Under the pieces are notes generated by a model, which saw only the letters and a list, made by a program, of their open reading frames with translations, was not told the origin of the DNA and ran no database searches. Of a DNA stretch of 64,000 bases, positions 1-8,900 are shown in pieces; the first letter of the stretch is position 1; each line of letters opens with the position of its first letter. Position numbers and translations under genes: made by a program. The DNA comes from an uncultured virus (IMG/VR IMGVR_UViG_3300022200_004366) (lineage: Duplodnaviria; Heunggongvirae; Uroviricota; Caudoviricetes). The stretch lies in IMG/VR virus record IMGVR_UViG_3300022200_004366, one strand, 5' to 3'.

Positions 1-155
1 GCTGTCCAGCCAAATGGCTCAAAGGTATGTTCAACATAATTCAGGACATTAAATCCTGCTTCATTTAACATACTAGAAAATTCGCTTTCGAGCTGGGAAT
101 CGGTTTTATTATCAATTGCTTCCCAACCTTGAGCGTTCCACATTTTCGCTTCCAT
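1..155 (-). CDS. speD: S-adenosylmethionine decarboxylase proenzyme (partial, runs off the window edge)
   Basis: Not in the ORF track. Manual translation from ATG at 155 gives MEAKMWNAQGWEAIDNKTDSQLESEFSSMLNEAGFNVLNYVEHTFEPFGWT. AGFNVL..H.FEP.G.T is the AdoMetDC motif preceding the ESH self-cleavage site, which would lie outside the window. AAGGA RBS upstream. Confidence 0.7.
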   Translation of the reverse strand, partial: MEAKMWNAQGWEAIDNKTDSQLESEFSSMLNEAGFNVLNYVEHTFEPFGWT

Positions 156-232
156 TGTTTTTACATCCTTTTCTCTAAGAATAAAAAAATCCACATCCCA
201 ACGCGAATCAGAATGTAGACAAAAAGTTAATC

Positions 233-240
233 TATTTATA
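233..240 (-). promoter_or_regulatory. T4 late-type promoter TATAAATA
   Basis: Exact TATAAATA on the minus strand upstream of the speD-like gene; the region is AT-rich. Confidence 0.4.
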
Positions 241-273
241 TAGAATATTAAAAAATGTTAAACTATGTATATT

Positions 274-302
274 ATTATAAGAAAAAAATTTGTAGTTATC
301 AA
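274..302 (-). promoter_or_regulatory. sigma70-type promoter
   Basis: TTGATA-17 nt-TATAAT on the minus strand, facing the speD-like gene. Confidence 0.55.
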
Positions 303-370
303 CCCTTTCTGGACAAATTAAAGTAAATAGCGTTGTTAATATTCTTTTAACCTAGGAGGAAACATTAAAA

Positions 371-601
371 ATGAATTATGATTTTGCCACCGTTTTTAAC
401 CGTGGTTGGGATACCGTCTTGGCAGAAGCCCAGCATAACAACGAATTTCACGCAGTTAGTCGTGATAAACTTCGTTGTATTATTAAAAACAATACTATTG
501 CTCGCTATCCAATTTGGGCAGACTGGAGTGGTATCAAACGAGATCTAAAAAAGAATTATGGTGACCAAGTCGCAGAAAAATTATTATATTCGATGATGTA
601 A
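371..601 (+). CDS. hypothetical protein
   Basis: 76-aa ORF with AGGAGG RBS and TAAATA at 324-329. Confidence 0.7.
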   Translation: MNYDFATVFNRGWDTVLAEAQHNNEFHAVSRDKLRCIIKNNTIARYPIWADWSGIKRDLKKNYGDQVAEKLLYSMM

Positions 602-613
602 CTAAATATTATC

Positions 614-722
614 GCAACGCCAGTTACTAACTGACGTCAAGATTCTCATTGACGCTTAGGGTGTCTTACCCTTTTACTGCTGTGGCACACGCAGAACGCC
701 ATCTTGTACGCGGATTCCTCCG
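614..722 (+). ncRNA. candidate structured non-coding RNA
   Basis: Five consecutive hairpins in a relatively GC-rich intergenic stretch just after TAAATA (603-608); family not recognised. Confidence 0.4.
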
Positions 723-729
723 TTAGCAC

Positions 730-757
730 TTGACAATTTAAAAAAACTCTATATAAT
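730..757 (+). promoter_or_regulatory. sigma70 consensus promoter for tctCBA
   Basis: TTGACA-16 nt-TATAAT. Confidence 0.75.
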
Positions 758-812
758 AGCTTGTTCGTTATTAGGTTTATAACGAATGTTAATTAACAAA
801 GGAAATTTTATA

Positions 813-1778
813 ATGAAAACATTAAGTAAGGTTATTGCTGCGACAGTATTATCTGTGTTCGCTGCGGTGTCTTTTGCTAAGGACACCGAAATTTGGGTTC
901 CGTACCCAGCTGGTGGTATTACTGGTAAAGGTGGCGTAGCTGCTCAGATGCTGATGCGAGAAAATACCAATGACGCCATCGACATGAACTATGTTCCAGG
1001 AGCAGGCGGTAAACTTGGTCTTAAGAAATGGTGGGCAGAACCTGCGTCAGACGACAAGATTAATCTTGTTGTTAGTAACGAAACTATTTTAATGAGCGCA
1101 TATCTCACTGGAGATCTTCCAGTTGATATGATCGAAACCGGAGTTAAGCCGGTATTTGTGATCGGATCAACTGGCTTGCTTGTTCACGCTTCTCCAAAAC
1201 TCGATGTTAAAACCTGGCAAGATTTTGACAGACTAGGCAAAGACAAGCTCAATGTTGGTAGTATGGGCAAGGGTTCATTTACACATTTAATGGTTCTAAC
1301 CCTTCAGAAGTATATCAAAACTCCATTAAACGTTGTTGTTTATAATAGTGCTCCAAAACTAATGAATGATGTCGCCGGTGGACACTTAGACATTGGGTTA
1401 GGATTTGATATTACGAGTCAGGGTTTTGCTAAGAAGGGATTAACTACAGCGGTATTGTCAACTCATGGGTTCGCAGGAATGCCAGACGTACCTAGCTTCG
1501 CTGAAGCATTTGGCCCTGATGAAAAGGTTCCTACCAAGACAACCTTTGCTATGTTTGCTCGTGCTGATGCTGACCCAGCAGACATTAAATATGTACGTGG
1601 TCTAATTACCAAAGGCTTCCGTAGTTGGGTTAACGAAAATGAATATCGTACAAATTTCTTTATCCCTGGATATATTTACAATCAAGCAGAAATTGACGCT
1701 TGGTGGGAGAATCATAAAAAGTTTTTCCGTGAAGCACAAAATGATCCTGCTTACGCTGCTCTAAAAGAAAAAGAGTAA
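813..1778 (+). CDS. tctC: tripartite tricarboxylate transporter substrate-binding protein (Bug/TctC family)
   Basis: Signal peptide MKTLSKVIAATVLSVFAAVSFA; VPYPAGG, PGAGG and GHLD motifs; next to tctA. Start moved from 786 to the ATG at 813 after the AAGGA RBS. Confidence 0.85.
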   Translation: MKTLSKVIAATVLSVFAAVSFAKDTEIWVPYPAGGITGKGGVAAQMLMRENTNDAIDMNYVPGAGGKLGLKKWWAEPASDDKINLVVSNETILMSAYLTGDLPVDMIETGVKPVFVIGSTGLLVHASPKLDVKTWQDFDRLGKDKLNVGSMGKGSFTHLMVLTLQKYIKTPLNVVVYNSAPKLMNDVAGGHLDIGLGFDITSQGFAKKGLTTAVLSTHGFAGMPDVPSFAEAFGPDEKVPTKTTFAMFARADADPADIKYVRGLITKGFRSWVNENEYRTNFFIPGYIYNQAEIDAWWENHKKFFREAQNDPAYAALKEKE

Positions 1779-1797
1779 GTAATCGTTGAGATTTGCG

Positions 1798-2007
1798 ATG
1801 AGCAAGAAGCTTCGCATTTCAGAGGTGCTCTCAGGCATTATTTTTATTGTGTCGGGGAGCACCTTTTTATATGCATCTTATAATTTAGGTATTGGGAACG
1901 TACATAAAATGGGTGGCGGGTTTTTTCCAGCAGCCGTTTCAATTCTATTAATAATAACCGGCAGTTTAATCTTAATTTCAGAACTATGGAAGCATTATCA
2001 AACATAG
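1798..2007 (+). CDS. tctB: TctB-like small membrane subunit (short, 2 TM)
   Basis: Two hydrophobic segments with MGGGFFP (TctB-type GPGxFP motif); lies between tctC and tctA. Confidence 0.65.
   Translation: MSKKLRISEVLSGIIFIVSGSTFLYASYNLGIGNVHKMGGGFFPAAVSILLIITGSLILISELWKHYQT
1823..1868 (+). terminator. long hairpin plus U-tract inside tctB (attenuator or mRNA stabiliser)
   Basis: AGGTGCTCTC (1823-1832) pairs with GGGAGCACCT (1855-1864); inner GGCAT/GTGTC stem; followed by TTTT. Confidence 0.45.
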
Positions 2008-3497
2008 CTTTTGGTCTTGACGTAGCATTATCTTGGACTAATCTTCTTTATTGCTTTATCGGGGTATTTCTAGGCACTTTAATTGGAGTACTTCCGGGCA
2101 TAGGTCCTACATCAACTATTTCAATTCTAATCCCAGTTGCTTATCAAATTGGCAATCCTATTGGATCCTTAATTATGTTAGCTGGGATATTCTATGGTGC
2201 TCAATATGGCGGATCAATTACCTCTATCTTATTAAAATTACCTGGTGAAGTAACTACGATTATTTCTGCTCTCGACGGATATCAACTAGCACAAAAAGGA
2301 CGTGCTGGCGCAGCATTAACTATTGCTGCAATCGGCAGTTTTATAGCAGGTACATTTGCTACTTTTGTAGTAGCGTTCGCTGCTCAACCATTGGCACTAA
2401 TAGGGTTCAAATTTGGACCTGCGGAATATACAAACCTAATGATTTTAGGTTTACTAATGTCGATTGTGCTAACTCAAGGATCATTTCTTAAAGGGTTTGG
2501 TATGATTCTGCTTGGGATACTGCTAGGCTTAATAGGGCTCGATGTTAATACTGGTTATGAACGGTTTAATTTAGGATATTTAGAGTTAGCTGATGGGATC
2601 CCTTTTCCAATTGCTGCAATCGGTATGTTTGGACTTTCTGAGGTTCTTTACAATCTATTTCACGATCACGAAAAACATTTAAGAAAAAAACATAAAAAAA
2701 TTACGTTAAAAGAATTAATTCCAAATAAAGAAGAGCTGAAACGCTCAATTAATCCTATATTTAGAGGAACATTCCTTGGATCTTTTTTAGGGTTAGTGCC
2801 TGGTCCAGGCACTACTATCAGTGGTGTAGCAAGCTATGTAACTGAAAAAAAATTATCAAACCAACCCGAGAAGTTTGGCACAGGAGAAATCGAAGGGTTA
2901 GCCGGGCCAGAATCTGCTAACAATGCCGCTGCTCAAACTTCATACATTCCTTTTCTTTCATTGGGATTAGCGTTTTCACCAGTTCCTGTTATGTTATTAG
3001 GAGCTCTGATAACATTTAATATTATTCCTGGGCCGATGTTAATGGAAACTAATAGCGATTTATTTTGGGGTGTTATTGCTTCAATGTGGATCGGTAATAT
3101 CATGTTGCTGATATTAAACATTCCTTTAATTAGTATCTGGGTTAAGTTATTAACTGTGCCATGGACTATATTATATCCCGCAATTTTTGTAATTACTACT
3201 GTTGGCGCATACTTTATAAGTTATAACACATGGCATATAGGAATATTATTTCTATTGGCAATATTTGGATATATTTGTAGAAGGTTAGATATTGAAGTTG
3301 TTCCGTTTATCATGGGATTTGTGTTAGGCAAATTTTTAGAAGAATATCTTAGACGTGCGCTTACTATGTCTAGTGGAAATTATGATATTTTTTACGCAAG
3401 CAGCATATCAAAAACCATATTATTAATAATCTTTATGGCATTAGTACTAAAAATTTATGCTATTTTTAGAAGAAAAGCGTTGACAACCGCGTACTAG
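1986..3497 (+). CDS. tctA: tripartite tricarboxylate transporter large permease TctA
   Basis: 503 aa, highly hydrophobic; GTLIGVLPGIG, YGAQYGGSITSILLKLPGE and ESANNA signatures. Confidence 0.95.
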   Translation: MEALSNIAFGLDVALSWTNLLYCFIGVFLGTLIGVLPGIGPTSTISILIPVAYQIGNPIGSLIMLAGIFYGAQYGGSITSILLKLPGEVTTIISALDGYQLAQKGRAGAALTIAAIGSFIAGTFATFVVAFAAQPLALIGFKFGPAEYTNLMILGLLMSIVLTQGSFLKGFGMILLGILLGLIGLDVNTGYERFNLGYLELADGIPFPIAAIGMFGLSEVLYNLFHDHEKHLRKKHKKITLKELIPNKEELKRSINPIFRGTFLGSFLGLVPGPGTTISGVASYVTEKKLSNQPEKFGTGEIEGLAGPESANNAAAQTSYIPFLSLGLAFSPVPVMLLGALITFNIIPGPMLMETNSDLFWGVIASMWIGNIMLLILNIPLISIWVKLLTVPWTILYPAIFVITTVGAYFISYNTWHIGILFLLAIFGYICRRLDIEVVPFIMGFVLGKFLEEYLRRALTMSSGNYDIFYASSISKTILLIIFMALVLKIYAIFRRKALTTAY

Positions 3498-3508
3498 ATC
3501 GCTATAAT
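3480..3508 (+). promoter_or_regulatory. sigma70 consensus promoter
   Basis: Perfect TTGACA-17 nt-TATAAT overlapping the end of tctA. Confidence 0.85.
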
Positions 3509-3582
3509 ACTAGGGTAAGTTAAGAAATACATAGCACTTTCCAGGCACTTACACTATCGAACACATCAACAAGGAGCACAAT

Positions 3583-4665
3583 ATGTCCGAAGGACGCACA
3601 CTAACTTCTAAAGAGGCCAAGACCTCTATTATGCATTGCTTCAACAAGAAGCGTCCGGTATTCCTGTGGGGTCCTCCAGGCATCGGTAAATCAGAACTCG
3701 TAGAAGAAATGACAAACGACCTCAACGGTTATATGATCGACCTACGGTTAAGCCAAATGGAACCAACTGACTTGCGCGGTATCCCATTCTATAACAAAGA
3801 AATCAACAAAATGGATTGGGCGGCGCCAATTGATCTTCCTACAGAAGAACTAGCCAGTCAATACCCTGTTATTGTACTATTCCTTGATGAGTGTAACTCG
3901 GGTGCTCCGAGTGTTATGGCAGCGGCTTACCAGCTTGTACTCAATCGTCGCATTGGCAACTATCGGTTGCCAGACAATGTAGTGATTGTTGCGGCTGGTA
4001 ACCGCGAAAGTGACAAGGGCGTAACTTATCGTATGCCTATGCCACTGAGCAATCGTTTTGTACACTTTGAAATGAAGGTAGATTACGAATCTTGGCTGGA
4101 TTGGGCAGTAGACAAGAAGATCCACAAGGATGTTGTTGGTTACATTTCATTTGCTAAACAAGACTTGTATGACTTTGACTCTAAGTCAAGTTCACGTGCG
4201 TTTGCTACTCCACGTTCTTGGACCTTTGTAAGCGAACTGCTCGAAGATGATCCAGACGAGAAGACCATGACCAATTTGGTATCTGGTGCTGTTGGCGAAG
4301 GACTTGCGCTCAAGTTCATGGCGCATCGCAAGGTAGCAGGCAAGTTGCCTAAGCCAGAAGATATTCTTGCTGGTAAAGTTAAAGAGCTTGAAACTAAAGA
4401 AGTTTCGGCAATGTACTCGCTGGTAACTTCTATGTGCTATGAGCTCAAAGACGCCGTAGAAAAAGGTGTAAATGAAAAAGATTTCCATACTATGGCCGAT
4501 AACTTCTTTGGCTTTATGATGGATAACTTTGAAGTAGAGTTGGTTGTAATGGGTGCTCGTGTAGCACTTACTACGTATGAACTGCCATTTAAGCCTACTA
4601 AACTTAAGAACTTTGATAAATTCCATGAAAAGTATGGAAAATACATTCTAAACGCTAATAACTAA
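3583..4665 (+). CDS. MoxR-like AAA+ ATPase
   Basis: Walker A GPPGIGKS, Walker B LFLDE, AAGN sensor, NRF arginine finger, TPRSW. Confidence 0.9.
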   Translation: MSEGRTLTSKEAKTSIMHCFNKKRPVFLWGPPGIGKSELVEEMTNDLNGYMIDLRLSQMEPTDLRGIPFYNKEINKMDWAAPIDLPTEELASQYPVIVLFLDECNSGAPSVMAAAYQLVLNRRIGNYRLPDNVVIVAAGNRESDKGVTYRMPMPLSNRFVHFEMKVDYESWLDWAVDKKIHKDVVGYISFAKQDLYDFDSKSSSRAFATPRSWTFVSELLEDDPDEKTMTNLVSGAVGEGLALKFMAHRKVAGKLPKPEDILAGKVKELETKEVSAMYSLVTSMCYELKDAVEKGVNEKDFHTMADNFFGFMMDNFEVELVVMGARVALTTYELPFKPTKLKNFDKFHEKYGKYILNANN

Positions 4666-4672
4666 TTGAAAC

Positions 4673-4692
4673 TTGGGGCATTTTTGCCCCAA
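4673..4692. terminator. stem-loop, likely intrinsic terminator
   Basis: TTGGGGCA-TTTT-TGCCCCAA directly after the ATPase stop, followed by T-rich sequence. Confidence 0.65.
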
Positions 4693-4699
4693 TTTCTTA

Positions 4700-4728
4700 T
4701 TGACTTTTAGGTATTCAGACCGTATAAT
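4700..4728 (+). promoter_or_regulatory. sigma70-type promoter
   Basis: TTGACT-17 nt-TATAAT. Confidence 0.75.
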
Positions 4729-4768
4729 ATACATATTAAATACAGCAATACAGTAATGGAGTTCAAAA

Positions 4769-6037
4769 ATGTCAGCTGAAGCTACTACGCAAAACAAGGA
4801 TAACGATAAATTCGCTAACCTAATAGGTCCTACTGATCCTGGAGTTGATCGTGCCAGCCGCGAAAAACTAATTGGTGCTCGTGTAGGCTTGCTGCTTAAT
4901 TCTCCTTTCTTCGGCAATATGGCAACTCGTCTACAGTTAACTAACGCAGATGATTGGTGCTCTACTGCTGCAACAGATGGTCGTAATTTTTATTACAACA
5001 GCCGGTTTGTTGAAATGCTTAAAGCCAAAGAACTAGAATTTCTCTTTGGGCACGAAGTTCTTCATTGCTGCTATGACCACTTTGGTCGTCGCGGCGATCG
5101 CAATCCGCAACTTTGGAACATTGCTGACGACTATGCTGTAAATTCTGATTTAATTAAATCTAAAGTAGGTGTTCGCATTACCACTGTTCCGTGTTTGTAT
5201 GATCCAAAGTTTGACGGTATGTGTTCTGAAGAAATTTACGATAAACTCTACGAGAACGCTGAAAAAATTGATATTAACAAACTAATAGAACAAATGATCG
5301 ACGAACACCTTGATGGTCAAGGTGACAAAGAAGGTGAAGGCAAGGATGGTAAAGGACGCCCTGAATTAAGCAAAGAAGAACGTGATTTGATTCGAGAAGA
5401 ACTCAAAGAAGCGATGCTGAGTGCTGCCGAACAGGCAGGTGCTGGCAATGTTCCTAGTGGTGTGAAACGCATTATTAAATCATTCACTGAGCCAAAGATG
5501 AACTGGCGTGAATTGCTGCGTCAGCATATTGAATCAACTATTAAAACTGACTTTTCTTGGATGCGGCCCGGCCGCAAAGCATGGCATATGGATTCAGTGA
5601 TGCCAGGTATGATTAACGGCGAGACCACTGATGTTGTAGTCGCAATTGATACTTCTGGATCAATTGCGGAATCGATGCTGCGTGACTTTTTAAGTGAAGT
5701 CAAAGGCATTATGGAAGAATTTGAGCAGTTCCGTTTACATTTGTTCACGTTTGATACTGATGTTTATAATCCGGTAACTTATAGTTCAGAAACACTAGAC
5801 AACGTAGAAGACTACAATATTCAAGGGTATGGCGGCACTGACTTTACTGCCATTTTTAATTATTTGAAAAAAGAAGCAATTGAACCACAACGTCTTGTTG
5901 TATTCACTGACGGATATCCATGGGGTTCGTGGGGCGATCCGGACTACTGTGACACGCTCTGGATTGTACATGGTACTCGAGAAGTAGAAGCACCATTTGG
6001 AATTACTGTTTATTATGATGACGCAACTCGACATTGA
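4769..6037 (+). CDS. metallopeptidase-like plus vWA domain protein (DUF2201-type), partner of the AAA+ ATPase
   Basis: TAATDG, HEVLH (HExxH), MIDAS DTSGS, GGTDF, FTDG. Confidence 0.88.
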   Translation: MSAEATTQNKDNDKFANLIGPTDPGVDRASREKLIGARVGLLLNSPFFGNMATRLQLTNADDWCSTAATDGRNFYYNSRFVEMLKAKELEFLFGHEVLHCCYDHFGRRGDRNPQLWNIADDYAVNSDLIKSKVGVRITTVPCLYDPKFDGMCSEEIYDKLYENAEKIDINKLIEQMIDEHLDGQGDKEGEGKDGKGRPELSKEERDLIREELKEAMLSAAEQAGAGNVPSGVKRIIKSFTEPKMNWRELLRQHIESTIKTDFSWMRPGRKAWHMDSVMPGMINGETTDVVVAIDTSGSIAESMLRDFLSEVKGIMEEFEQFRLHLFTFDTDVYNPVTYSSETLDNVEDYNIQGYGGTDFTAIFNYLKKEAIEPQRLVVFTDGYPWGSWGDPDYCDTLWIVHGTREVEAPFGITVYYDDATRH

Positions 6038-6305
6038 CCCAAGGGATTGGTTTGAAACTCGCAGGGTATCCTGGATGCCCGGTCATTTTGCTCGTGTTAG
6101 TATTGACAACGTAGATATTTTTATGCACGGCGAAGCAGAAGAATGGATACAGCAAAACACACTTGGACGATATGCTGTTGTTACTTGTGCTATACGCCAA
6201 GGAAATAAATTACTATCTAAAGTGTACGCAGGATTTGAAGATCCTGCCGAAGCAACATATTTTACACTAGGCTTCCTAAGTAAGCAAAAAAAATTCTGGT
6301 CATAA
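6015..6305 (+). CDS. hypothetical phage protein
   Basis: ORF in operon; C-terminal GFEDPAEATYFTL; start uncertain (5997, 6015 or 6018). Confidence 0.65.
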   Translation: MMTQLDIDPRDWFETRRVSWMPGHFARVSIDNVDIFMHGEAEEWIQQNTLGRYAVVTCAIRQGNKLLSKVYAGFEDPAEATYFTLGFLSKQKKFWS

Positions 6306-6347
6306 TATACGCCGTTAAATACACTACAAAATTAACAGGAGATATCA

Positions 6348-6572
6348 ATGAGCGAAGAGACTCAAACAGGATTAAGCATCAATGACTTAGCAGCGTTACG
6401 GCAGATTATTGCTGTTGCTGCGCAACGCGGCGCTTTTAAAGCCGAAGAAATGGAAGCTGTAGGACAACATTATAATCGTTTGAATGCATTTGTGCAGAGT
6501 GTTGCTCCAGAAACAGAAGCAGAAGCAGCAGCAGAAGAAACAACCGAGGAAGAGACCTCCTCAGAGGAATAA
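6348..6572 (+). CDS. hypothetical protein with acidic tail
   Basis: AGGAG RBS, TAAATA at 6316-6321, Glu-rich C-terminus. Confidence 0.75.
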   Translation: MSEETQTGLSINDLAALRQIIAVAAQRGAFKAEEMEAVGQHYNRLNAFVQSVAPETEAEAAAEETTEEETSSEE

Positions 6573-6575
6573 AAT

Positions 6576-7214
6576 ATGACAGGTTTGAAACATGTCGGCA
6601 GACACAATAATCAAAAGGTTGTAGTTGTATATCGTAAAGTTCCAGGCGAAGATCATATGGCGTTGGTAACTTATACTGATCAACTTCCAAGTCACTTTCA
6701 TGATAGCATTATGACTAGCCTTGAAAGTGCTGCAGGTCAATCCGCATCTGAACTAGCAGAAGTACTTTTTAGAAATCTGCTGCCCGACGGACGTAGTATT
6801 CTACAAGCAATGCACAAGGAAGGAATGATTAAAAAAGTTCCAACTAGCCAAGTTATTCTAACTCCTTCTGCTAAAAGTAGCGCCAGACTCGACGAAATTA
6901 ACAAGATTCTTGACGATATGGCCACCGGCGAAGACGCTGCTAAAAAGATGAAGGAGATCGACGACAACGCCGGACTTGTTAATCCTAGAGAAGTTAACAA
7001 TGAAACCGCTGACACCTTAAGCGATGCTGGTATTGCTCAAGATTTACTTTCTCAAAGTAATAAGATGCTTGCTGAAGCAGAGGGGCTATTAGCCGAAGGC
7101 GCTCGGTTACGCGAAGAAGCATATAATATGGATCCTACGCTACGGCCTAAGAAAACACGTTCAACTACAAAGAAAAAGGCGGTCGCTAAAAAGAATGTTG
7201 CTACTAAAGCGTAA
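6576..7214 (+). CDS. hypothetical phage protein with Lys-rich tail
   Basis: 212 aa, GAGG RBS, basic C-terminus. Confidence 0.75.
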   Translation: MTGLKHVGRHNNQKVVVVYRKVPGEDHMALVTYTDQLPSHFHDSIMTSLESAAGQSASELAEVLFRNLLPDGRSILQAMHKEGMIKKVPTSQVILTPSAKSSARLDEINKILDDMATGEDAAKKMKEIDDNAGLVNPREVNNETADTLSDAGIAQDLLSQSNKMLAEAEGLLAEGARLREEAYNMDPTLRPKKTRSTTKKKAVAKKNVATKA

Positions 7215-7246
7215 TAGTAGTCCTCACTAAATGAGAACAATAATAA

Positions 7247-7558
7247 ATGTACCTAAGCGAGGACTTCTTTGATAGATGGCAACACATTATTGATAACATC
7301 GATAAAACGAATGTACCTGTTGAATGCATTGAACGTCTTGTAATTAAATTATATGGCGATATTGGCCCTAAGCAAAAAACAGTAAATGTTAGAATGCTTA
7401 GAGAAAATGGATTAGATCCGGAAGAAATTGAAATAATTATTTCTAGAACACTAACAGAGTTACAAAATGATATTCGCAAGGTGGATTTCTTTTTAGACTT
7501 AGAAGCAGTTGCTGATATTATTCAACCAGAAACCGAACACTTTCTAAAAAATTTATGA
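7247..7558 (+). CDS. hypothetical protein
   Basis: 103-aa ORF with an ATGA overlap to DHFR. Confidence 0.7.
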   Translation: MYLSEDFFDRWQHIIDNIDKTNVPVECIERLVIKLYGDIGPKQKTVNVRMLRENGLDPEEIEIIISRTLTELQNDIRKVDFFLDLEAVADIIQPETEHFLKNL

Positions 7559-8016
7559 AGGCAATTTTCGCAGTTGACGATAAAGGTGGAGTAGGTAAGG
7601 ATGGGCACATGCCGTGGCCAAAGATTTCTACGGATCTAAAGCGATTCAAACAACTTACCGAAAACGGTATTGTTGTTATGGGTCGTGGCACTTGGGAATC
7701 TACAGACATGCCTACACCGTTACCTAAACGTCGTAATGTTGTTATTAGTTCAAGAGATGATCTTGAACTTCCTAATGATGTAATCCATATGTATGATACA
7801 TCGCTATTACACGCTACTCCAACTGCGTGGATTATCGGCGGTGCTGGTTTAATTAGCAGTGTATTTGATGATTTAGATTATATTTTCTTAACACGTGTTC
7901 CCGGCGACTACAATTGCGACACGCACATTGATTTAGATAAAATTAACAAAAACTTTAAAATTCTACACGAAGAAAAGTTTGACGATCACACATTTCAGGT
8001 ATTACACAGAAAATAA
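7555..8016 (+). CDS. folA: dihydrofolate reductase
   Basis: GVGKDGHMPW, DLKRFK, VVMGRGTWES, PLPKRRNVVIS, IIGG, CDT. Confidence 0.95.
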   Translation: MKAIFAVDDKGGVGKDGHMPWPKISTDLKRFKQLTENGIVVMGRGTWESTDMPTPLPKRRNVVISSRDDLELPNDVIHMYDTSLLHATPTAWIIGGAGLISSVFDDLDYIFLTRVPGDYNCDTHIDLDKINKNFKILHEEKFDDHTFQVLHRK

Positions 8017-8900
8017 TGAGAGAATACAACGACACTCTTAGAGAAGTTCTCGATCGCGGGCAAGACCGCACTGACCGCACTGGTGTTGGGACTCGCAGCA
8101 TATTTGGTCTTCAAACTCGTTATAATATCCGTGGGCATTTCCCTGCTGTCACTACTAAACGGTTAGCATGGAAGGCTGTTGTTTCTGAACTGCTATGGTT
8201 TATTGAAGGATCAGGCGACGAACGTAGACTGTCAGAGATTCTACACGGTACACGTGATCCAGAAAAGAAAACTATTTGGACTGCTAACGCAGAAGCAGAT
8301 TACTGGCAACCAAAAGCACAGTATCCAGGCGATCTTGGGCGGGTGTACGGTGTACAATGGCGTACCTGGCGTAAGTTTAATAATTACTCTAACGAAACAG
8401 ATTTAGAAGTTGGTCACTATCAAGAAGTAGATCAACTTCTAAACTTAATCGAAGGCATTAAACGTGATCCATTTGGTCGCAGACATATTTTAACTGCTTG
8501 GAATCCTGGCGAACTAGATCAAATGGCATTACCACCGTGTCATGTACTAAGTCAATTTTATGTAAGCGACGACGGGGAACTTAGTTGTCAGATGTATCAG
8601 CGTTCAGCAGATATGTTTTTGGGCGTTCCATTTAACATTGCTAGTTACAGTTTGCTTACATATATGATTGCTCAAGTGTGCGATTTAACACCCGGAACAT
8701 TTGTACACACAATCGGCGACGCCCACATCTATCTTAATCATTTAGACGCAGTTCATGAACAGTTAAAGCGTGAACCGCTGCCACCGCCTGTGCTGCGTCT
8801 AGATCCTACCATTGGTGACATTACAAAGTTCACCATGAATGATATCTTTTTAGAAAATTACGAATCACATCCACCTATCAAAGCCCCAATGGCAGTATGA
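8016..8900 (+). CDS. thyA: thymidylate synthase
   Basis: DRTGVGT, ELLWF, MALPPCH catalytic Cys, YQRSADMFLGVPFNIASY, GDAHIY. Confidence 0.97.
   Translation: MREYNDTLREVLDRGQDRTDRTGVGTRSIFGLQTRYNIRGHFPAVTTKRLAWKAVVSELLWFIEGSGDERRLSEILHGTRDPEKKTIWTANAEADYWQPKAQYPGDLGRVYGVQWRTWRKFNNYSNETDLEVGHYQEVDQLLNLIEGIKRDPFGRRHILTAWNPGELDQMALPPCHVLSQFYVSDDGELSCQMYQRSADMFLGVPFNIASYSLLTYMIAQVCDLTPGTFVHTIGDAHIYLNHLDAVHEQLKREPLPPPVLRLDPTIGDITKFTMNDIFLENYESHPPIKAPMAV

Noticed and set aside
7555..8900. ThyA as a dCMP/dUMP hydroxymethylase starting DNA hypermodification
   Set aside because: It has the canonical dUMP-specifying Asn (PFNIASY) and an adjacent DHFR, consistent with ordinary dTMP synthesis. No hmdU kinase or queuosine-type genes were recognised in this window, though they could lie elsewhere.
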